From contig NC_045696.1 in NCBI RefSeq assembly GCF_009834535.1, positions 66,280,001 to 66,344,000 on the forward strand: a stretch of DNA of 64,000 nt, read 5' to 3'. Made by a program: the position numbers and the translations under genes. The stretch comes from Camelus ferus. Taxonomy: Eukaryota. Below, piece by piece: positions 13,486 to 25,720 of the stretch (within the stretch, counting starts at the first letter, position 1; every line of letters starts with the position of its first letter). The notes beneath the pieces are model-generated. The model saw only the letters and a list, made by a program, of their open reading frames with translations, ran no database searches and was not told where the DNA came from.

Positions 13486-16400
13486 CTGAAGATCAGGGCA
13501 TGTGGCCAGAGCATAGTCAGAGGAGGGAAACAGGTTAACACCCAGGAGCACATCAAAAAGCAGACAACCACGTACGTTAACCTACATTAACACATGCCCA
13601 CTAAAAATAAACAAAAAAATCAGACTTTAAATTTGCATGAACTTAAAAATAAATACCCTTAATTTTTTCATAAACTCTAAAAATGTCATGAGACAATCGC
13701 CGTTATTACTTGTTTAAGCCCTGCTTATTGCAGTCTTGTTGGCCTCCCAGCAAAATGCCTGGCATATGGTAGGGACTAAGTAATCGTTTCCCTTTTGCCT
13801 CCTGTTGTGGAATGAGTCTTGTTCACAAGTATTATAGCTAAATGCCAGATTGAAAACAGAGGATCTCTTCTTCAGAAGATAATAAATGTTCAATTAATAA
13901 AACATTACTACGTTTGTTTGAAGTTTTACTGAAAAAATGTAAATAATTGGTTAAGGTTTGGCATAAGGGAACAGAATAAAACACTTCAAGACATCTCTTG
14001 CCAATTCAGACTGGTGGGAGCAATCAGCAGATCTTCAGAAGGAGAAGGAGCTTCTGCTTTTTAGAAGAAGACTATTTTTGGAAGCCAGGTCATATTCTTT
14101 CTCATTCCTTCTGGTTGTGATCCTTCTTGGCCAACACTCTGCAATAATGCTTCAACCTTGCACTGTCAACTGAGCGTATTTTAAAGCTGTAGCCAATGAT
14201 AATATAAGGTAGAAAATTTAGGGAAGAGAAACTCAGGTAAACAGAAGTGGAATAGTAGCAGTCATCTTCCACAATGGAAGTGTCATCAACTGTGAAAGCT
14301 TCCTGAACTCGAGTCCCAGTTATACTAAACTAAAAATAGGAAAATTGTGTCACATATGGAGGCTTAATAACCTGAAGTCAGAGCTACTGTTATTTTAGCT
14401 GGCTACTGGAAAGGAGTAATAACATTTATTCTTTTGATGATACAGTAATTATGTTTTTTTTTTTTTTTTCAGAGTGATCTGGGGTTTCCTTGTGTCTGAA
14501 TTTTTCCTCAGTGGTGAGATAACTTTAGGGCCTATTTGGTTATAGATTGCTTACAAAAAAATGGCCAATTTTCCTCATTTAAAATATAAAATATTTTTAT
14601 AATCTATCTAAGAGAGGAAATCAATGCATAAAATCAGTTTCTACCTTACTTATAGGTGACTAAGATCTCAAAATATGGCATTATTTTTAAAAATTTTGGC
14701 TCAAATTTCAAATGCAGGCCAAATCAAAGGCTCCCTTTTTTTTTTTTTTCCAAAATTGAGGAAAGAGAACAATATGTAATTCATTCGATGACATTAGTTT
14801 ATATATTTCAACACATATCCTTCATCCTCAAGTGGTATATACCAGTGGGCCTCCTACTCAGCACCCCCAAGACAAGTAGTCCCACACTTTGGACTGCCTC
14901 CCTTGGAATCTTCTCAGTCGCATTCTGGAAACTGGGACCAACAGGGCCAGGACTGCCATTTGGATGGGTGCCTTGAAATCACTGTGGGTCCTGGTCTTTC
15001 CTTCTCTGACCCTTGCTCCATACAAAGTATGATTCAGATGCTCTGTGGAACTCCAGGACTCATTCCTACAGTGCCATCCAGAGGCCCCCATGGCTAGCCC
15101 AGTTCTGAAAGGCAACTCCACAAGAAGGTTGCCAATGCTGACCAGTCAGGAATTTCCTTTTTGTTAAATACTCTGATTTGGGGGGTGGGGAAGGACTCAA
15201 ATTAACTGTATCAATATGAGCCCTAAAAAAATGTATCTGGGCCCACATATCTTAGATATACAAGGCCATGAGAAAGGTTAACTAATTGTGATTGTATAAA
15301 ATAGATTAAAGACTGAAAATAAAATCCTTCTCTCTTATAGGTGACATCCTAACTCAGAGGGTATAGTTACATTATTTTCTTAGCCTACATTTTCATCTCT
15401 TTTTTCTTTAAGCATATGATAGAATTTTGTAAAGAAAATTAATAGATCTTTGGGATGTTATTTGAAAGCAATAGGTAAGACTATATCAAAAGAAAAATGT
15501 GAGACAATACAGGCAAAAGATAAAGGAACATTTTAAAAGACAAACAGTGGTTTTCTCCATGTAGTAGGCTTGTGAGTGACTTTATTCCCTTTTTGCATAA
15601 ATGTAGATAACAATATTTAAATTTTGAGCTACTTCATCTTTCTATCTTCTTCTCAACTCTAACCTTAATGCTGCATTTCTGGACTAGCCCAGTGTCCCCA
15701 TGAACATCCATTTCCATTGATCAAATCATGCTTCTTTGTAGGTGGAACTAGGTTAGTGCAAGAAGTGAAAAAGAAAAAAAAAAAGAGACCTTTTGCTAAA
15801 AAGTAAAATAAAGGCCTGATGAATTTGTTAAAAATGTTCCAGGCACTCAAATCCTAAATGGCAGAAGAGATTTTAGATTTAGAGCATGGCGCCTTTTTAA
15901 GTGCTTTTCCTGGACTGAAATAGCTGTTCATGGGAAAAGTCACATTCTAAGGGTTTACTTTTCATTTATCTTGAGAAAAGAAATTGCCATGTTGTCCCAT
16001 TAGCCATCATTTGCTTTGAGAGATACTAACACCACTTTGCTTTAATAACAGATCCAGTTATTCTCAGCACAATTTGATTAAATAAATAAATAGTATTGAA
16101 CAAGAGTTGAGAGAATGAGTAATAAGATTTTCAATCTATAAAATTTCTTTATTCATAGAAACATGGGTCTTGTTAACACCTAATTATAATTTAAAGCTAA
16201 AAGATAAGGAGGATGAAGGAGCTGGCTTTTTGATTTCTGCTAATACTGTGCCGTGTATATTAACTTTTTCATTCCCTGGCCCCACAGTCTGTGTGTCTCT
16301 TTGCCTGTCTGTCTCCCTACCTGTTTTTCTGTCTCGACTCTGTTCCTCTAGCTCCACCTTCTCTCTTAGCAAATCTTCCATAGAAATATTATAAATTTTC

Positions 16401-16670
16401 TATTTGACCTAAGTCATAGCTAAAATGCTTTCATCTAACCTGTCAATTTGAATCATAAAATCACAGTACCCTGAAGAATTCATGTCAATTTAAAGTGCCT
16501 GCCATAGGCCTACTGTGTATAAGGCGCTATACCTAACACTTTGGGGGTAGCAGAGCTGAGTAAGATAACGTTTTTACCCTTAAAGGTATTTATAAATACA
16601 TAAGAAAAGATAAAAATAAAATATGCTAAAAATTTTTCAATTCACATTTCAGAAATCAACTAAATTTCTA

Positions 16671-16904
<234 letters not shown>

Positions 16905-18229
16905 CTAGATGTTGGAGAAGACACCGTGTGAAATGACTCATGCGGACACACCCGAATTCACCATGATCAAAGGAAGAGCTTGGCTGTGGTGAACTTGACA
17001 GCAAAGTTAACAGTGGTTGAGAGCATGATCAGAATTTCATTGACAGAAAACAATGCATGTTAGAGCATTTTCCCTTAAACACTAACAATTAAAGGCTTTC
17101 CCCACCAGGAAGTGAATTCACTTCCTGATTTGGGGGGTAAGGGGAACAAGTCATGCCTAAAATGGATAAAATCAGAATTAAACATATGCAAATTCCTATG
17201 GCTGGTTCCATCATCAAGTTAGTTTAATATGGAAATAAGTCATTTCACATTTCAATAAGTCCCTGTGCTGACATTTACTCATCAAAAAAAAAAAAAAATC
17301 CATGTGAAAATAGATGATAACTGCTGACATTTTGAGTCTATTAGGAATGTACATTATTTTTTCTTCATCATGAACAATGAGTTCCGTGAAGACACATTAT
17401 TATATACAAGGCTCCTAAATTGAAAATGATAGCCAAAGAAAGTTACACATAAAGACAGCAACACATGAAATATAAAGATCACTTCTTTATATTTCTTCTT
17501 CTTTGCTCCACTGACAGAACACAAATGCTTGAGCTGTGGTATGGATGTAAACAAACTAAACACTAATTTCATACAACCTGACAGCTGTAACCACTTATAC
17601 TTTGAAATGTTGTACAGATGATTCTAAGTATCCACTTAGAGCTAAAAGGTACCAGTGTCCTGAGCTTTCTCATATTTTATCTATAAGCTGCAAGTCACAA
17701 TAGATTTCTAAGAATTGTAAACATGCCAACAGAAGACATTTTCAAGTGTTCTTGACAGAGCTCATGCATATGGAACAGATCTAATATCATTGTTTATTTT
17801 GATGCAATTATAGATTCACGTTGCCTGGAAATCTGGGAATTTAGTAAGATTTAACCAAAAAATTATCTTAGAAAATGAAAGCTTCAAGTTTTCCTTAAGG
17901 AAAGAATAAATAAAAGAGCAGAAAGAATAAATAAAAAGTGGGAAGAGAAATGCAAAGGCAAGGAGATTATAACTAGTGTGGAGAAGAAAGGTAGGAACAC
18001 AGAATGCTTTGATTTGCCAAATAAAATTATATCAGACAGTATTTGTGCTATGAAACTCTCTGCCCCATGTTCTACTTTGAAGCTGTATTGTATGTCAGAT
18101 AACACTCTACTGCTGGCCACTCCACAATTTTGAATGCTGTACTTGTATGATCACTTTGTATGTAAAATGCTTATAATTGGTAATAATTCATAATTCTATA
18201 TTGAGTCTACACTATGAAGCAGTTACAGT

Positions 18230-18410
18230 TTAAGCATGATATTATCTCACTTATTAATTAAAGGATTCGGTGAGATATTATTTGCATTGTCTATTTCACA
18301 AATAAGCAAAATGAGGCACAGCAAAGTTAAATAAGAACACCAAGAAAGCGCGGTTAAATGGAGGAGAAGGGACTCAAACACAGCAGCCTGTGTGTACGCT
18401 CTTAAGCATA
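18230..18410 (-). mobile_element. MIR SINE (intron 1)
   Basis: ctatttcacaaataagcaaaatgaggcacagcaaagttaaataa is the antisense of the MIR core. Confidence 0.6.
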
Positions 18411-19012
18411 GTGGTATAACTAAAACCCATTTTATTTTAAATCCCAGATTTATTTCAGGCTAAGTACTCCAGAATCGGAAACTGGGGGATAGCTCTGGGT
18501 GAAACAGTAGGCCCTAACTTTAATCTCATCCTACGGCCATGAGTCAACAAAACCTCACTTTGACTTGTTCTTCCTAAGGTTAAATCTGGGAGAGATGCTT
18601 TGAAATTTCAGAATACTATCTGACCTGAGGCACAACAGAGACCAAAATTTAAATAAAGAAAACCCATCTTGTGAAATTTAATGTATCAATTTCTAAAGAA
18701 GGATGTGGATATGTAAATTCATACACTCATAAAATTTAAGCTGTAGCTGAAAGATCACAAGACTTGAAATCTAAATTGGCACTCATAAGAGTGCTGCATT
18801 CAAAGCCTTACCTTTTTTGAGCCTCAATCCCCTTCACTTTATCAAAGAGATAATCTTAGGGTGGTTATAAGAATTAAAAATTACAGACACATACAATTTA
18901 AGTGATTTGCTCGATAAATAATATTAGTAAAATACTTAAACATCAGAATAACCTGAGTAGTGATTATGTTCAGGATTACTAACTAACCGTAATGAAAGTG
19001 GAGGAAGGTAGC

Positions 19013-19484
19013 TGCCATGGATTGAATGGTGGCCCCCGCAAAAGACATGTCCACGCCCTAATCTCTAGAATCTGTGAATGTGACCTTATTTGGAAAAAGG
19101 GGCTTTGCCTATGTGGTTGAATTAAGTTATCTTGAGATAAGTTGGTCATCCTGGATTACTAGGGTGGGCTCTAAATCCAATGACAAGTGTCCTTGTAAGA
19201 GACACACAGAGGGGTGACACAGGCAGAAGTGAAAGAGGCAATGTGACTGTAGAGACAGACATTGGCTGATGTGGCCACAAGTCAAGGAGTGCCTGCAGCC
19301 ACCAGAAGCTGGAAGAGGCGAGGAATGCATTCTCCCCCAAGACCTTCAGAGGCATTGTAGCTTCTTTTAGCTAACACTTTGATTTCAAACTTCTGGCCTC
19401 CAGAACTATAAGAGAATGAATTTCCCCCATGTTAAGCCACCAAATTGTAGTAATGTGTTATGGCAGCCCTGGGAAGTGGATACA
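19013..19484 (+). mobile_element. MaLR solo LTR (MLT1C-like), 472 bp
   Basis: TG...CA ends with near-TSD GTAGC/GTAGA. Diagnostic gaatgtgaccttatttggaaa, ccaccagaagctggaagaggc, ttctggcctccagaact. Confidence 0.88.
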
Positions 19485-19510
19485 GTAGAGACGATCTGTG
19501 CTGAATTCTT

Positions 19511-19970
19511 TTATTTTTTAATTGAAGTATAATCAGTTTATAATGTTGTGTTAGTTTCTGGTGTACAACATAATGCTTCAGTCATACATGAACCATGAAC
19601 ATATATTTGTTTCATGTTCTTTTTCACCATAAGTTACTATAAGATATGAAATAGAGTTCCCTGTGCTATATACAGTATGAACTTGTTTATCTATTATATA
19701 TATATATATATATATATATTAGTATCTGTCAATCTCAAACTCCCAGTTTATCCCTTCTCACCCTTTTTCCCTCCTGGTAACCATAAGTTTTCATTTTCTA
19801 TGTCTGTAAGTCTGTTTTTGTTTTGTAAATAAGTTCGTTTGTCTTTTTTTCTTTTTTTTTTAGATTCCACACATAAGTGATATTGTATGGTATTTTTCTT
19901 TCTCTTTCTGGCTTACTTCACTTAGAATGACTATCTGGGTATAGGTCAGTGGTAGAGCCTGTGCTTAGCA
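19511..19970 (-). mobile_element. Chimeric retro-insertion: L1 3' end (minus, 19511-19936) plus inverted tRNA-Ala/SINE 5' half (plus, 19937-19972)
   Basis: The L1 part closely resembles 127-515 of this window. Flanked by TGTGCTGAATTCTT (19497-19510) and TGTGCTGAACTCTT (19971-19984). Internal (TA)n at about 19695-19718. Confidence 0.85.
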
Positions 19971-21019
19971 TGTGCTGAACTCTTACACCACAACAAAAAG
20001 CAAGCCTTCTCATAGCCTGTTGCCCTTCAGTCTCTCAATTAACAGGAACACACTGGATCCAGTTCATTCCAACTTGAGCTAGGTTATATGGATTTGAAGT
20101 CACTACTCCATAATCAGAGAGTGACCGTCCACAATTTCTTAACTCAGCCACTAAAACAAACTAACGGACCTACTATAGTCATTCTTGTTATATGTGAGGT
20201 TATTTAGAAAGTGGGCTGAGATCTGTATGTGAAGATACTTATTTTAAGCTAAAAAGAGTATTTTTTTCTTGCCAAAATAATCCAGTAGTAGTGTCATTTT
20301 CAAGGCTATTGATCATTTACCTGCAATGACCATATTTAGAAAAGCAATGAGCTCGTTAGAGGCAACAAGGAATCCAATTTCATTAGGTATTAATGCTCAG
20401 GGGCACACTGTTAGATTGCTTGGTATTCATACTCGGTTAAGGTACGTGAGAATAGTGGCTGTAATTAACTAAATTTCTGTGTTAATATAGCACTTACTGG
20501 AGACACCCTTAAAGGTGCCTTTGTGCACAAAAGACAAGGTTAAAAGACTGTATGTTATTTATCACATTTAGGAAAGCTCTTCTTGCCTATAATTTAGAGT
20601 CTTCACTTACTTATCCCTCTGTTGTACAATGACTTATTAAGAATGCTCAAAGAGGCAAGTAAATTTACATTCTTTAAAGTCTTAAGACAAGGTTCTTAAA
20701 AAGCAGACTGATGCTTAAAATATTATGGTTAACCTTCCTTAAAGGGCAAAAATGCAAAATGTTAACTAATAATTTTATCTCACAGGGTGGTCCAAAATAG
20801 ACAATTCCAAATTTAAGCTTTCTCCTCTTAACATGTGATCTGTATATTAATAAATAACATATAAAATAATACTAGAGGAACTTTTATATTATTTCAATGA
20901 CCATCTGATGACCCTAAAGTGAGGATTATTTCCTAAGTGGGGAGAAGTCAGTTTATCTAAGGTGTGGCAATAAAAGCATACGTCACAAACATAGTAAGGC
21001 CAGCATAAATTTCTTAATA

Positions 21020-21270
21020 TTCATTAGTTGCCAACAGTAAAGCAGATTTTACAGAGAATTCCAGATTTCTGGCTTCCCTTGGAAACTTGGTCAACGTGGC
21101 CGCCGGAACTCCCTGGTCCTATGTAGCAACAATTACTGCGAGCTAAGTGGCCTCTCCTGTGTAGGTGGGGCTTGTGCTCGTGGATTGCTCACCATCCCCA
21201 CCCAATCTGCCTCTCTCATGGATGCTGGCTACCTGGTTCTTATAGTCGTTTGAGTCTTCCCCTCCTGATA
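21020..21270. mobile_element. MER102-like hAT DNA transposon fragment
   Basis: tagttgccaaca...ttccagatttctggcttcccttggaaa recalled as MER102-like. Confidence 0.5.
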
Positions 21271-24200
21271 CATGATAATGACAGTAACTCCCCTAGCTCT
21301 TAATTTGTCAAATTTCTACCTATCATTCAAATTTTACTTCTCTTTTTCTGCGAGGTTCCCCCAGTCTTTCCAGTTGGAATTAATGTCTTCTTGGATCCCA
21401 CAGTAATTTGTCCATTCTTATGTACCATTTATAATATTGCATTGTCTTTTTTATGTGCACTTATATGCATCTGTCTCCCAAGTCTGTTTGTTATCTTTCA
21501 AACTATATTCATTGGACGTTTGTCATGTGTCAGTCAACAGGGTAACTAAATGCTGGGGATACAGCAACCACCAAGACTAGCTTGGTACCCTGCTTCAAGG
21601 AGCTGACAGACCCTCCTTCTCAGCATATAACAGATGCTCAATAGATGTCTATTTAGGAAAGATATCTATTACTTTTTCTAATCCATATACATTTACTCTC
21701 ATTTGAACTTTGACATAGAAAATGGTTGCTGATATACTGTACACACAGTTGATGGTTAGTGTGTGTTTTCTACTTTGACTGAACAGACTGGAAGAGCTAA
21801 ATCCAGGCGTCAAAGGACTATTATTTAGAACAGAGAGTTTGTGCTGATGTGGTGTCAGTAACTACTCGACTGGCTCTGGAAGGTGTTTATTATGGCACTG
21901 AAGACGAGCAGGGTGACACTCAGAAAAAGCTTTAGGAAACTAGCCTGATAATGACTCTTCCCAGTTGAGTTTAGAGTGGCATGAATTAGTCCCTTGATCC
22001 TGGGATTTCTTATTCTAAATTCTAGCAGGCTCCCATTAAGGCTTCTCTGTCTTATTCTTTGTCAATTTCCCTTTTCTTACCACTTTCAAAATATTTACAA
22101 GCAGGAACACACAATTTTGCCTGCTCTGTCTTCTTCACTGCAGTTTTGGGTGTGTCTGTCTTGCCTCCAGATATTTCATATATCTTTTGAGAATGAAATA
22201 AATTTAAAAATACTTCAGCTGGCTTTTTCTCCTCCAGTTACATAAGACAAAAAAATGTATATAATAATTATACACAACAGGCTTAGCAAATATTTTTTGT
22301 TGGTTGACCACTATCAAACAAGATTTTTCTTTGTCAATATGCATCAGGTTATAAACGCATATGCACTGGGATTTGTGTGTAAATATAGTATATATAGGAA
22401 GAATAACGCATTAGCCAAAAGAAAAATGGAACAAGTCATGAAGATATATTCTCTTAAAAACCACTTTGTATATGCATAAAATGGGAATTTATGGTTTTCA
22501 TACGACATTACCATCCCTGTGCTAGTGTACTTGAACACTGAAGATGCAACTTACTTGTTTCCAGTACTTACTTAAATATATTTATTAAGATTCAAAAGTG
22601 TTAATAATACTATAGCAAATAACATGTTACTACTGAAACTTGAAACATTTTCTATTTGAACCCAAAAGACATTTAAAATTTTAATACTAGAATTCTGAAC
22701 TTTTAGATTTTATATTTTATTTTCTTTTTCTAACTACCCCAGGGTCTAAAAGAACTCGAGAAGCATTTACACTAATGAGAAAGCAAGATTAAAATAAACA
22801 TAATAGATGCCACCTTTCCTTTCCACTCTACTTATGTGCCATGAATTGATGTGCTAAAGTATATTTGGTTTAGCTCTGCTTGCTTAGTCATGGAGCTCCA
22901 GCTAAAGGTGTAAGTGGTAAGAGTTGGGTAATGCAAACTTAGTAGGTAATACAAGATTTGTGTGGCTTTCATGGTTATATTACTTAATTTACATATCTGA
23001 ACTATATAAATATTTCAATTTGAGTATCTGTTGTTTAATTTAAATAATACATTTAATCATTTTGAATGTTCTCCTTATGAAAATATGATGTCTCAACTTT
23101 GCAATGATGAGTGCCTTGTGACAGATCAAGATTTCTGTTGAGCGAATGATTACAAAATACTAATTTCCTTGCTTTACTCTCTCTTTTTCTTCATTTCTTT
23201 CTCTCTTTGCAGCACCAAGCAGAAAAGCTGTATTTTCTAGATGAGAATGGACTCTTCACCAACTTAATTATACATCTCAGGGGACTGGATCTTTATTCCG
23301 ATCTTATCAAAAAGAGGGACTAAATCCATATCTTGAGAAAAATTTAAATTGTAGCAAGGTGAAAGATACTGCCTAAGATAATGTGATGGTCTTTCTACAG
23401 AGATGCTTCTCATTTAGGGCTCAATGTGAGATTTGTAAACATCGCTTCACACTGTATTTCATGCATGCATTCATTCTTTTAATAGGGATGCCAGGTATCT
23501 AACAGGTACCCAATTAGTTCATATTAAGAAATGCATTATGAGTCCCCACTGTGTGAAAGGGCGTAATAGGCGTTGTAGGAGATCATGAGATGAGTGAAGG
23601 CGTATTTACAGCTGAAGGAGTTTGAACTCAGTTGGAAAGTAAAACTAGTGTATAAATAATCAGAATACATGCCAGATATAATAATTTCAATATTTACTTT
23701 ATGTCTGAAAGGACCGTAGCAACATTAATGCAAATGGAAATCCCAGCGGAGAACCTGGTTATCAAGATAAAATAAATCCAAATGTGGGAAATTTTCATTT
23801 GAGGTAACAAAATTTTAATCATAACTATGCTTGATGTTTAGCAGATTCTCAGTAAATAATTAACAGAAGTTGAACTGAAAGTGAAATAAGCTTGTGAAAA
23901 CATTTTGTTCATGCTGATAATTGAGAGACCAGTAACTGTGAAGAAGGTACCATTCTATTTCAGTGTGGATAATGAAGAATTACCTATTTTATGATATGGT
24001 TAACACATTAATAATGTTATTAATTCATAATTAATTTTCTTTTTAAATGTATTTAGTAGATAACTTATGCTATTTTGTCTCCACTCTCTGCCTTATTCCC
24101 TTGGTTAGACAAAAAGGGAACAGTCATAAGTATAAAGATGGAAAAACCAACAGCTCAGAGAAGTAAACAGAATTTGTCCAAGAGAATCAATAGAGAAAAT

Positions 24201-24304
24201 AGGAATAGAACTTAAATCTCATATTTCTCCCTTCAGTGAACATTACACAAAATGTCATCTCTGCCTCCAGAACAAAAACAAAACAATAAAGTGCAAATAG
24301 ATGA

Positions 24305-24550
24305 TAATACATCTCACATTTATTGACTAGTTTGTATTCGCCTGGTACTGCGGTAAATACTTTAGATACACAAGCTCATTTAATTCTCACAAGACACTTA
24401 TGATGTGCATGTTGTTATTCTCCCTTTACAGAAGAGGAAATGTGGTTTTGTAGCAATTTAAGCATCTGTCTAGATTCATGCAGCTACTTCCTGACAGGGT
24501 GGGATTTAATCTCAGATCCCTGTATCGTTAAGTCCAACCTGGAAACATTC
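24305..24550 (-). mobile_element. MIR SINE (intron 1)
   Basis: ctcatttaattctcacaag...tattctccctttacagaagaggaaatg is the antisense of the MIR core. Confidence 0.75.
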
Positions 24551-25464
24551 ACACTAAAAAGCATTACTCTCCTGGCCCCTTCAAGGTGCTGTGTGACGAT
24601 CTAAGTAAGAAAAAAAAAAACAGTGTCATGGTCCACAAGATATTGCTGCTTAATGACTTCTGTATAGAGATGGATTTTCCTCTATTTAAGCTCCAGGTAA
24701 ATGACTCCATCCTTCCTTCAGTTACCCCAACACAATACAGTGGATTTCAAACTTGACTTCTCCTTAGTCCTCCGCCTTCTTCCCCCACATGCAGTCAGTT
24801 ATTAATCCCATCAATCCGAGTTTTTTAGTTTCCCATGTCTTCTCGTCTTTTTATGCTTGCTGCCACACTAGTTCAGACCATCAACATCTTCATCCTGTTC
24901 TATGGCAAAAAGCTTCCTAATTGGTCTCCCTATAATTCATTTTACCCTTTCTAATCATTCCTTACAAGTAGGCAGAACGATGGATCTTTCTAAAATACAC
25001 ATATGTGTTTGTTTATAGTGAAGCACCCTTGTCTATGGCATAAGCTGTATATTTCACATGAACACAAAGCCCCTATGACCTCCTCCCTACACTGGAAACA
25101 CTTTCCATGCTTTGATACGTCCAAAGCCATAACCATACAGCACCTCTCCCATATCTAGATCTCTGCCCATATCATATCCTGTGCTTGGAATATTCTACTT
25201 ATCCTGCCCCCCTCACCAGCTCAAGTCTAGTTCAGATACTTCTTCTAGGTAGCCTTCACTCATTATCCAGGATTGGGTGAGCTGGCTGCTCGGAGTTATC
25301 TGTAGTCACTGCACTAGTCACATCATACTGTGTCTATCAGTTCACCTGTCTGTCTCCCCCAGTATGCTGGAGGCAACCTAAGGAAGATCCAAGTCTCATC
25401 CTCCTTCATAACCTGTACCCAGCACAGTACTAGGTAGACAGCAAGTGTCAAAGAGCATTTGTGG

Positions 25465-25720
25465 ATTGAAAAAAGGTGGAAAGAAAAGAAAAACAGAAGT
25501 GCAAAAGGGAGGGATAAAGAGATAAAGGAATAGGGTGGGGGGGGAAGAAAAAGAAGAAGAAAAGAGAAGAGCTTAGGGATTTTAAAAAGGGAGGAAAAAG
25601 GAGAAGGGGGACTAAAGGGAGAGGAAGAAGGAAAAAAGAAGAAGAGAGGGAGGATGGAAGAAAGGAAGGGAGGGAAAAAGTAAGGAGGGAAGGACAGTGG
25701 GAGAAAGGATGAAAGAACAT
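25465..25720. repeat. Low-complexity polypurine (GA-rich) tract in intron 1
   Basis: About 250 bp almost entirely G/A on the plus strand; explains ORFs 25323..25838 and 25448..25720. Confidence 0.9.

Noticed and set aside
10949..13538. Plus-strand ORFs overlapping exons 3 and 4
   Set aside because: Antisense shadows of CLDN16 coding exons, with no independent support.
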